Source: Amphiscolops sp. MND2022
Lineage: Eukaryota
Direction of reading: 5' to 3'
Assembly: GCA_964187785.1 (NCBI GenBank)
Contig: OZ076409.1
Span: forward strand, 16,742,001-16,806,000
Length of the DNA stretch: 64,000 bases
The translations under genes and the position numbers were made by a program. The notes under the pieces are model-generated. The model worked only from the letters and a program-made list of their open reading frames with translations. It had not been told where the DNA came from and did no database searches. Positions 26,202-37,582 of this stretch are shown here, piece after piece; within the stretch, counting starts at the first letter, position 1; every line of letters starts with the position of its first letter.

Positions 26202-27689
26202 CAAATTCGCAGTCAAATGTGAATCTGTCTAATCGAGCAAGTGAGAAAAACTTGCATCTTTGCAAGTAGGTTGAATATTGGAAGAACACGTCGGTTTGCT
26301 TCGCGCCTGTTTATAACGCATGAAATGAGTCTCACTGCAACATCAAGTGATCTGCACGGTGCAATAGATGGTCGCCAGAAATGAAATCTTCGGTTTTTAG
26401 ACAAAAGCGCCCTATAAAAAAGAGACCCTGACAAAAGCCCCTAGATAAATGCCCCTGTCAAAAGCGTCACAACAGACAGTCAAAAGCGCTCCAGTCATAG
26501 GAGTCCGTGCCTCATGCCGGAGCGCTTCTTAGTAGGGTGCCTCACCAACTTAGTAGGGTGCCTCATGCCGGTGCGCTTCGAATTGGGGTGTTTATGGATG
26601 TGTAGCTTGAGCCCGTTTTAACACAGTCGGCTATCGGGAGTTGTACATATTGCCAACAGGGGATTCAAAGGAAAACGGCAGTGCTTTTCCCAAACGCCTA
26701 AGGTGAAAAACACCCAAAGCGGTGAAACCGCTGGAAAAGAAGAGAAGCCGAAGCCAGAAAAAATCAGAAAACAACCAAATAACTTGAAACTAAAACAATT
26801 TATACTTACCAAAGTATATAATTTCAAAATTTTGACACTAAACATCAACACACCTATAGTGAACACTAACAAAAAAATTGACAGCACACACATTTGAGAA
26901 GCACGCCGGTAACGCGGACCGCAAAATCAAGACTGAGAAGGCTGTCTGGGACGCTGTCTCACAATACAATAATTCAGCCACACTATCAGCCAGTCAGAAA
27001 TGAGCGGAAGTCTTTAACGTGTTAATCTCTTTAGTTAATTTAATTATTTAATGGAAGTGCTTTCTTAATTTCATTCTTCAGTGCTGTACAACGTTTTGTT
27101 AAAGTGTTTCAATGGAAGTTTTGTTTCTTTTACCGCATCTGTTGCTTGGTTCATGAACTTCAGTCTTACCTTTAGTTCGTCCAGAAATGGCGGTTAATGA
27201 AAAAATAGAACGCGGAACTGAGACTTCGGCAGGAAGTTGATTCCCACTTTTCCTTTTCCTTAATTGGAGCTGAAGCTGACCGCCAAAAACAGAGGAAGCC
27301 TACCACTTTTGGACTCCCTCGCCTCGGAAAAACGTCGAGTTGAACTGGATGTGACGTCCACGGGCGGAATTTATCCAGCGTGTCTGGCGTAAAAGATAAA
27401 ATACCTGTAGCAGGAGTGGGGAAATTTGTTAGGTTTTTTGATTTCATGTACTGTTTTTCTCATTCCACATTCTTTTGATTTTCAACTTGATTGTAAAGGT
27501 CATGCAAGTTGTTTTCTTTAGTGTCTGTTACCTTTGTTTGTTGTCTAAATAGTAAATCGCTAGTTTGTCAAATATTATCAAAACACAAAACTTGGCAGGT
27601 TGACGGGTTCCGCTACTGGATCAGGAAAATACCAGCACACTATTTGAAATATTATACTACCACATACTTTTTCTCCCAAACAATGCGTT

Positions 27690-30600
27690 AAATGACTCAA
27701 AAGAGGAAACTGAGAAAAGACCCTCTAGATAATTCGGACAATGGAGAAACCACGAGCATTTCAAGGTTTGGGGGGGACAACATTTGAGGGACATCTCTTT
27801 AAAATTAAAAACAGGATGTCGAAACGCCTACGAGTTACTGAACACAGTCAAAGAGAGATACTAAGACTTGTCAACCATGGTGTCCATGGTAGACAACTTG
27901 TCAAATGTTTAATTACAACAAGAATGTGTCACTTCTAAGATTGAAACTAACGGGGTTCCATGGGGCAGCTTAACTACTGATTTCGCAGGACCAAATGCAA
28001 CTAGAAATCCTGGTTCCATAATGGCGACAGGAGTGACGAGAGTGTCTTACGAAAATAATCACCAACGCTCCTCAAGTCTGCGCTTCCTCTAAATTAAAAG
28101 TACCCGGAAGAACTAATCGAATAACTGCTCAAATTCCTCCAAACTTCAACTCAACAGAATTCTGGCGTCCCAAGACTACCCAAGAGCATGTCCATAACAA
28201 TGCAAACTTTCGACAGAAAAAATGACAAATTCGAGCACTTGAATAATGAACGCAGACAAGAACAAAAGTGAATCCCAACATTACAGAAGAAAACACTACA
28301 CCACTTTTAATCCCTTTTGAGAAGTGAGGCACTTCAACACTTCTGGAATATGCGCTAAGCAACCAGAAGCCAACTTAACGACAACTTAACGACCGATGAA
28401 AGTATGTAAAACCCTAATTAATTGCTACCTCAAGTTGTAAATGGGAGCGTATATCTTTCAACCCAATCCAGGAAGCTTTTCCGGACTTCTTAGAACAGCA
28501 GCAAAACCTCGTCCAAAAGGCATACAGAGATGACGCTGCTAACGTTATCACTTGACACGGAGTCATACGAAACAATGGTGCAGCACCTGGAACTCGAGAC
28601 CAAATTTAATGGCCTCGCCGTCTCCAAAGACGTGTCTCTAACGGAGACTTAAGAACTGGAAACCAATAAAGAGCCCACACAAGACAAAAACAAAACAAAA
28701 CCAGCGTGACCCCTCTTCGGCTGCGGAAAAGACAGACACTGTTCGCGAAACTGTCGCGAAATCAACTGGAACAAACTATCCCAGAACAATCCTACCCCAG
28801 CCTAAAACTCCTCCCTGTGAAACATGGGGCAAATAAAGCCATTAAACGACAGACTGTCTTTCAGAAGCAATCGCCTTTGTGGCGGAAAACACCCGAAACA
28901 TTGGTCCCCAACAACAATCCGATATCGCAGTATACCTCCAACCGAACAGCCACAAAGATGGCACAATCCACGTATCAGAAACAAAACTTCTAAAGCCACG
29001 TCTTCGCTTCAGGGCCTATACCGAGTGTAAATGATACACAGTATCAGAATTCCCGAAAGACTAAGACACTGAGTTTTATGTACAGTGCTCTGGCGAACTA
29101 TCCACCGACCACAGCGGAGATGGCTCGTCAGACGGCTCGTCGAGAAAAAAATCGAATAACCAAAAAAATTATTTTCAAACCCGCCAACTGTAAACATCAA
29201 CCAGATGTCCCATATCGCCCGGGGTAGCACCCTGGAGACTTACATCTTAACCCCGAACTACAACTGTGATCCCTTCCACAACCCTGAGCGATACGACCAT
29301 CCACATTGAAGTTCAGACAAGCAATAAACATGTCCTCTCACGAGTTCGTCCAAAAGACGAAGATGAATTCAGAAATCCCCAAAAGGAGACCCGTTGACGC
29401 CAATCGTCATCCCCCAACTAAGTACTGGTGATCATGACCTGGAGTTTATGCCATCGTATCTCCACCTTCCAAGTCGATCAAATCCACTAACAGAATTCGA
29501 TTTTTTCATCAAACGACCGACCCTAGGTCACCTCCGAAAACGCCAGCATCGACTCAAGAACTGGGGTCCGCGATGACGTCGTCTGCGTCATAACGCCAAT
29601 TCCCAGAACACCAGACAACTCAATTGTGATCGCAAACTCACTGTCCATCGTATACGAATCCATTTTCGGTCTTAGAATCAAAAAGCATCACCAATCACCT
29701 TCGCTCCGAGAAATAGCATTCAAGTACTAGCCTTTCCAAGACGTTCTCGCCTTCCCAATTCAAGATGTCCATCAACGCTGTTGCTGTCATATACTTCGCT
29801 TTCATGGAGTATAGCAACATCCTGTTGGGGTCAACCAGACCGGTCCTTGTATCGACAGACAACACGTCAGTGAGACTGTTCTTCCAAACGAAGGTTCTTC
29901 CCCTAGCGTGGACGAATGCATGCGACTTCGTATTGCAATTTAACTCCACGACTGCGCCCAAGTTACCGAACAGATAAGCACCGCTGCAGGTTGTTTCTCT
30001 CGCTTAGACCTTGATCCGAAAGAAAAAGCCTACCTGACGATAAGATCATTTACACTACACCTATCCACGTCAACATCCAATCGTCTGATGTTTCTTTCGG
30101 AAGAAAACAAATTCTTCTTCATGACCGATGACGAGATTGAAACTGAGGAACAAATTTGGCAGAGTGATCTTCGAGCCTGCAAGAAAAAAAACGAGAATGA
30201 CCAACACTTAAACGCCAGCAGATGAACCAAGCGATAGCCAAAGCATCCCCGAAAATGGAGTCATTCTTATTGAAACGGAAATATCCAAAAACTCCATGTA
30301 CCGAAAACCCCGAAATGAAGACAGCGCCCAACCACAGAACATGAGACACCAGCAAGACAAAGATCCGGTTCTGCGCAACTACAAGCTTCGGTTTTTAATG
30401 AACCACTGTACGATGAGCAGTTGCTAGCAACTGATCCAAGAGCTATCGGATAATACTCTGAGGACACCAGGATCATGCTCAATGATTGACTGCTATACCG
30501 CAATTAGACAACATCGGTAGCGTGAAGTTCCTGCAAGTGCTTCTTTCACAACAATTGAAGGCAATGAGCCCCGAAGATGCCTTGCAAATGGACCTCGTTA

Positions 30601-30800
30601 TTTTCGACGAAACCTCAGGTGGCTACAATGCCATAATTACAGTAATAGATTTGTTTTTGCGCCACCAGTTACGTACAAAGTGACCTGGTCAGGCACCGTC
30701 ATGGTGACCCAGGTATTAGTAGACAACATAACCCGACATGCGTTAGGAAAAGACGTTAGGAAGACATCGTTAGGAAGACATCGACCATCCTAAGAATAAG
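27690..30800 (+). mobile_element. Degenerate Ty3/Gypsy element (gag, RNase H and integrase remnants; RT not seen)
   Basis: Zn-knuckle remnants FGCGKDRHCSRNC (~28715) and PCETWGK*SH*TTDC. RNase H IYFAFMEYSNILLGSTRPVLVSTDN...NACDFVLQFN (ORF 29765-29977). Integrase PEDALQMDLV...GGYNAIITVIDLF (ORF 30486-30683). Confidence 0.8.
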
Positions 30801-31729
30801 TAAGAACATTTTAACCAAACTGTTGATCCGGACGATAGTCTCAATGAAACCACGCCTGACAGTAATACAAAAAGCAATAAAGACTGGCAGTATACTCCCA
30901 TCGAAACACCGAGTATAAGTTACGAGTAAGGCCACCTTCAAACTATTAAAACGCCTAGGAAAATTCTAATCCGAAGGATATCAATCCTCAATTGAAAAAT
31001 CATCTTCTCTATCTTAGAACAGTATTCATTTCACGATCTGGGACACACTCGTTCCTAGACTAAAAAAACACGTTTCAACGAGCAGAAAAGTAAAATGCAG
31101 AAACACCCAGCCGTGGATTTTTGTTTTGAATAAATGCCCTCAGAAACCCTTGTTACTCCATTTTCTACTTGTTTGTTGTCGGTTCAATAAAGAACCACTT
31201 ACCCAGAGTGGCCAAAAGAATGAGGAAACAAATCAAAGAGCCAAATATGTACAAGAAAATGAAATCAAAAGACTGAATGTTCAAATAAATGCTACCTGAG
31301 GAACATCTACTTCTTCGAATTGCCCGTTGCGCCAGTCTAAAGTCAATTTGGAACATGGTGGTTGAGAAACAAGACATAAACTCTTGACAACTTAGAAAAT
31401 TTTTTGAAGAAACATCAAGTGTGACAATTGTTAAAAACACCCCAATTGGGTTTTCTCAAAGACTGTTAGTCGTAGAGCCATGAAATTTGGCACACATATG
31501 CAAGCACCTAACACGAACAAACCAGCTAAGTTTCAAGGTCTTTCCCCGGTTATAACTCCTTTACCCCTCACATGTGTGATATTCAAGGTCTTTGTGCCAA
31601 TACTGTAAACATTGCTATTTACCCTTATGACTACGTTAGAAGGTAACTCTATTGAAATTCATGATATTTACATTGTGTAAACATACTTCCGAGCCTAGGC
31701 GCAGGATAAGGGCAAGAAGCCGTTATATT

Positions 31730-31746
31730 TGGTCCGCCGACCCGGA
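31730..31746 (+). promoter_or_regulatory. Primer binding site, tRNA-Tyr type
   Basis: TGGTCCGCCGACCCGGA lies 2 nt after the LTR end (...gccgttata) and resembles the TGGTCCTTCGAGCCGGA PBS common in BEL/Pao. Confidence 0.7.
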
Positions 31747-31852
31747 CAACTCGTTGGTGGACGACCCGGTCTAGAAGATGACGACTCGTTGGTGGACAAC
31801 TGAGAAGATTGCCCGAGAAGAACAAGTGTCTGGATCTTGGAGTGTCTGATTT

Positions 31853-32009
31853 TGTGTCTCTGGGAGTTTGGGCTATTGTGACTCTGGGAGATTGGGCTAC
31901 TGTGTCTTTGGGAGATTGGGCTATTGTGTCTCCTGGAGATTGGGCTACTGTGTCTCTGGCAGATTGGGGTATTGTGTCTCTGGGAGATTGGGCTATTGTG
32001 ACTTGGGGA
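31853..32009 (+). repeat. 24-bp tandem repeat, about 6.5 copies (tgtgtctctgggagattgggctat)
   Basis: Units start at 31853, 31877, 31901, 31925, 31949, 31973 and 31997. Confidence 0.97.
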
Positions 32010-35000
32010 ACTGAGTTCAACCAAGAAGAGAAGAGATGGCTCAACCTAAACGGTTCGATATCAACAAAACGGAAAATTTCCTGAGGAAACGTTTAGTTAG
32101 TGGATTGCAGCGATCGAGCACCGTAAGACTAATAAAGAAATTGATGAGAACCTGGCTAGCATTGTTGACGACAAGCAGATAGCAGAGTTACTACTAAGAC
32201 GAACAGATGCCATAAACAGGAAAGAGCGGCTCATTAAGGCAGTCGAAAATGCAATCAAAGTAAAGTACCAACCGCAGATACCCGAAATGTTCTCATTAGT
32301 GAACAAAGCAATGCCGAGCCGATTGGTTGAGTTGCAGCAGCAAAGCTCTAGCATTGAAAGGATTAAAAAAACTGATGTCAGCATTGCAAGATGAAAATCA
32401 GATACTAAACTACTTGAATCTGGAAGGAGAGAAACGTGCTATTGATGAAATTCAATCGCAAATAGCGAAGTTGTCGACGATGAAGATTATGCTACAACAT
32501 GTCAAGAATTGCTGCAAAAACAGTTTGACATCAAAACAAAAATAGAAGCTCTGCTGAAGATAGGAGACGGGGCAGCCATTTTGCAAGGTCTTGAAGACGC
32601 TGAAGGAAGACGAGCAGAAGCTCGTGTGAACTCGGCAGCAGACAAATCCATTAAAAATGGTTATTCACCACAAAAGGAACTGAAACCAGACAACGAAAGA
32701 CAAAACCTCGATGGTCACAACGCAGATGAAAGACAAAATTCAAGAAATGAAGCATTGCAAATAGAAGAATTGAGTTTAGATTCGCAAGGTGACAAAACCA
32801 AAAGCAGCAAAACTTCTATGTTTTCGAGAACGTCAAGTGTAACACGAGTTCTTGATTTGGAATTGAAAGAACTACAAACCCGCCAGGAGAAACTCCGACG
32901 AGAAGCAGAAGAAATTGAGATAGCTGGCTTGCAAGAGGAGTTGGCTCGCAAAGCTAGAATAGCAGAAAAGAAAATAGAAAGAGCACAGGTGTCAAGTAAT
33001 TGTGGGTCTAGCTTCCGAAGTATCCCACAGGTCGGGGCTCCAGACGAAAACTTGACAAAAGTCTCAGGATGGATGAACAAAACACAAGAAGCTGAAAAGG
33101 TGGCTCCGCCCATCAACGTGCCATCAGTATACCAGCAAACGTCCGTCACAACACCAGTGATTACAGTACGGTCAACGCACGGAGAACAATGCTCCGCGCA
33201 AATGAGGGACTTGAAACCCTCAGTGCAGTCGACCATATCGACAGAAGCCGTTGTGCAAGATAGTGGAAGGAACAGAACAAAGACTGTCATAGGTGCTGTC
33301 AGTCAAAAAGCAACAGCACAACCAGAAATGAAATTCGCCATATTAAAGCAGTCAATGACCCTTATGGCAGGCCAAAGCTAGATACCACCTACGAATTGAG
33401 GAAACCCGAGTAGTGCATTTCAAGTACCACAGTTCACGAACGCGCAGAAGCAGTAATGCCAAGTCAAGGGCAAAACTTTGCCTCAAATGCAAGAGATGAC
33501 TATTTCATCAAATCTAATTTTCCAAAGCTAAACTTGTCAGAGTTTTAGAGTGACCCCTTAGAATAACCAGAGTGGTCTATTCCAAGCAACTGTCCACGCA
33601 GCGAACATGGACTAAAGTGTAAAGATGAATCACCTGAAAACCATGGTCACAGGCAAGGCCCAGGAGCCAATTGCTGGCTTGGGGTACACCGCTGAGAAGT
33701 ACAATGTGGCGTAGAAAATGCTAGTTTGAATCTTTGGAAAACGGCAATTGGTTGTGAACGCTCAGTTGAAGTGAATCTATTTGTTTCCACCTATGAAACT
33801 ATATGAAGGAGTCGTTTTGATCAAGTTTGCGAGAATAGTGTCGAGTTGCGTGAATGTTTTGACACAATTCAAATACATGGGCGACCTAACCTCAAAGGGA
33901 GTTCAGGGAAGCGCCACAATAAAGTTAACACTGGAAATTGAAATTGAAGTGGCTGACTTATGTTAAACAAAAGAACCTGTATCAACCTGGACTTGCTGTG
34001 TTCAGTGAATGGCTAAATGATACAGCAGAAGTGCAAGATGAACTGATTACGTCTTCAAACTCGAATGCTGACCGCGCGAAATCGAGCTACATGGAAAAGG
34101 CCGGAGGCTCCACGCTTGCAACATCAGCAACAAACCCAGCAAAAGACAATTCGAAGAACCAGAGCGAGTGTATGTTGAAAGACGGCAATCATCCCAAGGG
34201 GAAATGTGAAAAATTCAAGAAGAAGAACGTCGAAGAAAGAGGACAGAAGGCAATAGAGTTGAGAATGTGCTTCAGTTGTTTGTCAGACGCACATCGGATG
34301 AGACGTTGCTCTGGTAGACAATGCGATGTAAGTGGTTGGGGGAACCTCATCACAAATTGCTACATCGACCATACAACAACGTGGAACAAAAACAAAACGT
34401 TGAAAATGTCGAGAAGGTCTCTAACCTGTCCTTAAAAATGAGAAGCAGTGGTGTGCTTCCAGTCGTTCTAGTAACGATTCGAAGTGGAAGCAAAACTCTG
34501 AAAACGTTTGCTTTGTGCGACTCTGGAGCTAGTCTTTCGTTTGTGGACAAGGGTCTGATGAAAACGCTAAATCTGACGGGCCAACTAGTGGATTTGAATG
34601 TTGCAGGGATTCATGGAACGTCAGATGTCAGTAGCAAAAGACTTCGAATCAACAGTTTTGGTCAAGAAGGAAAGGTCAATGAAAACATCACTGTCTATAG
34701 TCATCCTAATGTGAGCGCGGGGATTTGAACGTACAACTTCAAGAAAGTGAAGGAAACATACCATCACATGTCAGTTTTGAAAGATTTTACCATCAACTTG
34801 GGAGATGTGAAAGTCATCTTCGGACAAGATTGTTGTCACTTGCACAGAGGAACAGAATGTAGACAATGTGGAAACGCAAAGCCGTGGGCAGTGCGAAAGA
34901 AGCTGAGAAGGATGCTCAGTGGACCCTTACCTCAACAAAAAGTGCGAAAGTTGCAATCAAAAGTTTCTACGCAGCAGAATTGGACCCATTAGTGGGTCAA

Positions 35001-36233
35001 ATGAAAACTCGGTGGAGCATGGGATTGTATGCCCCCAATTGCAGTGTGTCCGGGAGGTTCAAGGCAAATAAGAAGTTTTCACCGAACAATTTCGCTGTAG
35101 AACGCAATTGGCAGGAAGTCAGCACTAAAACCCTTCTCGTAGAACTCGAACAAGTCTGTCAAGAAGATATGCAACTTGTTGCAGGCGACCATACCATGCT
35201 CAAACAAATACAGAACAAGGAGTTCTCAATTACAGAAGAAAAGAACGAACATGAACGTGTCGCAATAACATCAAACTTCGGAACAATTTAATGGAACGCT
35301 TGATTTGCTAAAACAGAGTTTAGATGTCGCCTCTGTACAACAGCATGGAAAAGAGAAAGAAGTATTCAACTCAATTGCAAGCAATGAATGTTACTGTGAA
35401 CACTCTAACACTTGAAGAAGGAAAAAAGTGTTCTCAATTGGACATAGAAACTCGTGTATTACTGCCAAATTGAATTTCATGAAGTTCCAAGTGGCCCAGC
35501 AATATATCGAAGACCCTTCAGTGGTTTGTTGGAACGAGACCAACCGGCTGAGGTGACCGCGAGTAATGAAACAAAAGCCGTAAATGTGTTTTTTTGGAAA
35601 AAAACATGACGTTGATTTGAACAACAAACTGCTGGACAAACTCATTCCAAACGACTGTGAAAATTGTAACAATTGGTTAGGTAATGGAAATTCGGGATAG
35701 GTTGCAATGGCACAAGCTAACACTAAGGCGTACACCCAACTGGGAAATGGCAACCGCAATCAATTCAAGAAACGAGCATGGTAGTTTAAACATAGCTCAA
35801 ACCGATTACATGGAAAGATCGAAAGCGTTCAATTGATTCCTACAGGCATCCTAAATGCAAAGATTGTGATAGATAAATTTAACAAAATATCGCTTTTGGA
35901 AATGCGATTGGGTTCCACAAAAGCACGAAAATAAACAAAATCGGGAAAAAGGCCCTGCATGGGAAGAAATGATGATGCAACTTGAATCCTTTGGAAAATG
36001 GAAAAACGAAGAAGTTAGACAACTGGAAGTCATTGATTTGGTTTGCCTAGTGTATGAGATTGTAAAAGGAGCTGGCTACAAGATGTCAAGAGTATTAGAA
36101 TACTATATGGAAGCGATGGGCGAGTGAGATCAGTACTGGTGAAAACTGAAGATGGAAATCTCAAAAAAGCAGTGATGAAACTGGCACCCTTGTTTTACGA
36201 AAGTGTTTATCGGTAGAAAAACAGGGCCGGCAA

Positions 36234-36937
36234 TGTTGGCGCTAGTCATCAGCAGGCAAAGAAAGTCGATTCGATTTGGAACATGGTGGTTGAGAAACAA
36301 GACATAAACCCTAGAAAACATACAAGAAATTCTGAAGAAATATCAAGTGTGACAAAAGTTCAAAACCCACCAAATGGGTTTCCTCAAAGACTTTTAGTCG
36401 TAGAGCCATGAAACTTGGTACACATATGCAAGGCCTAACACAAACACACCAGCTGAGTTTCAAGGTCATTGCCCGCTTTTAAATGTCATTTATTTATACT
36501 TACATATATGTTCTTATATTTACTGTAGAATTGTAGGCGATATCTATACCTTTATTAGATAGAGATTTTCTCCACAGAATCGCTATAGTCAAGTTTGGTC
36601 TTAGGACCATGAGACTAATTATTCAACTTCTCAATCTCCACAACTTTTCGCTAGAGTTAGAGCGATAAGTAGCTACTCTCACAATTGAAGAGACGGAGCG
36701 CGTGAAGATACAGTGAGGGAAGTGTGTTACGGATCACATCGGATTCAAACAAGTGCAAAACGGGATCGCACGAGCTTCCACGGGTCACATCGGACCCACC
36801 AGTCAAACGATACAGTCCTTTAAAAGCACAAGAAAACCAGTAATTGTTTAATAACGGTCCACAGTACGAAGCAACGGATCAGGGGGGCGTAAAGCTTGTC
36901 AAGTCTCAGCGCAGGATAAGGGCAAGCAGCCGTTACA
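36234..36937 (+). repeat. 3' LTR of the BEL/Pao element
   Basis: TG...CA ends (tgttggcgct...gccgttaca) after the purine-rich agaaaaacagggccggcaa. Shares blocks with 31345-31550 and 31699-31727. Confidence 0.85.
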
Positions 36938-37582
36938 CTGCCCTTCGTTGAAGCCGACGACTATTTATTTTTTGGGATTGTGTTCGGATTATTGTCCCTT
37001 CGCGTTCCCCTCTTGTCTTTGATAGTGAAATCTGAGCTCCAGAGACACCAACAGAACCAAAATCAGCAACCATTGGTGCATGGGGCCCAAAAATAACCGG
37101 TCCCAGTTGTCAAGAATTCGGTGGTTGAGACAAACATCCTTGTGCGAAAAAATAGGAGAAACAGTACCGAATAACACACAAAACCTTGTCCGTCTCTGAA
37201 ATCTCAATGCAGATCCTGACGAACGTACGAGTAGATTAAATTCCAGGGCGCAAACGATGAATATTCATGAAAGACTTACCCGCATGTTTACTTTCATTTC
37301 ACCGAGACAATGTTTTGTCAACGCTTCGCCAGAATTGAAGCTGAGGTCTTCAGTAAATCATAGACTATCCTCATAAAAGAGATTAGACTAGCGATTCAAG
37401 GGACACACGATGTGTTCACTCCACGCATCAAACTCGCGCAATTCTGCAAGTTTATTTACTTTTCCCACAAGGCTCCAGTCGAAGAAAAACATTTGTACGT
37501 AGTTGCAGCAACTGTAAGTGACTATTGTCACTCAGACGCGTAAAATCAACGAATTACCGTTATCAACTACTGTCATGATGAC

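Larger units (their letters stand above)
31170..36937 (+). mobile_element. BEL/Pao LTR retrotransposon, non-autonomous (gag-protease and integrase C-terminus; no recognisable RT/RNase H)
   Basis: Coiled-coil gag (32327-33381). BEL-type triple knuckle CFSCLSDAHRMRRC..CDVSG.GEPHHKLLH. Protease ALCDSGASLSF and PWAVRKKL..MLSGP. Integrase-tail motif GSDGRVRSVLVKTEDGNLKKAVMKLAPL (~36110-36195), then PPT and LTR. Left boundary is approximate. Confidence 0.9.

Noticed and set aside
24749..26289. Repeated minus-strand ORFs (MVRFK..., CDWPVRRCRYS...) as a gene family
   Set aside because: They arise from the 480-bp repeat, frames differ between units, and no recognisable domain is present.
31853..32009. 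CRISPR-like array
   Set aside because: Head-to-tail repeats without unique spacers, no cas genes, eukaryotic context.
32715..33290. 191-aa minus-strand ORF (and similar antisense ORFs at 9532-9957, 60663-61055)
   Set aside because: Antisense shadows of TE coding regions with no independent motifs.
36938..36958. PBS-like ctgcccttcgttgaagccg after the 3' BEL LTR (tandem element?)
   Set aside because: Lacks the TGG start, and the downstream sequence does not resemble the leader or gag at 31750 onward.
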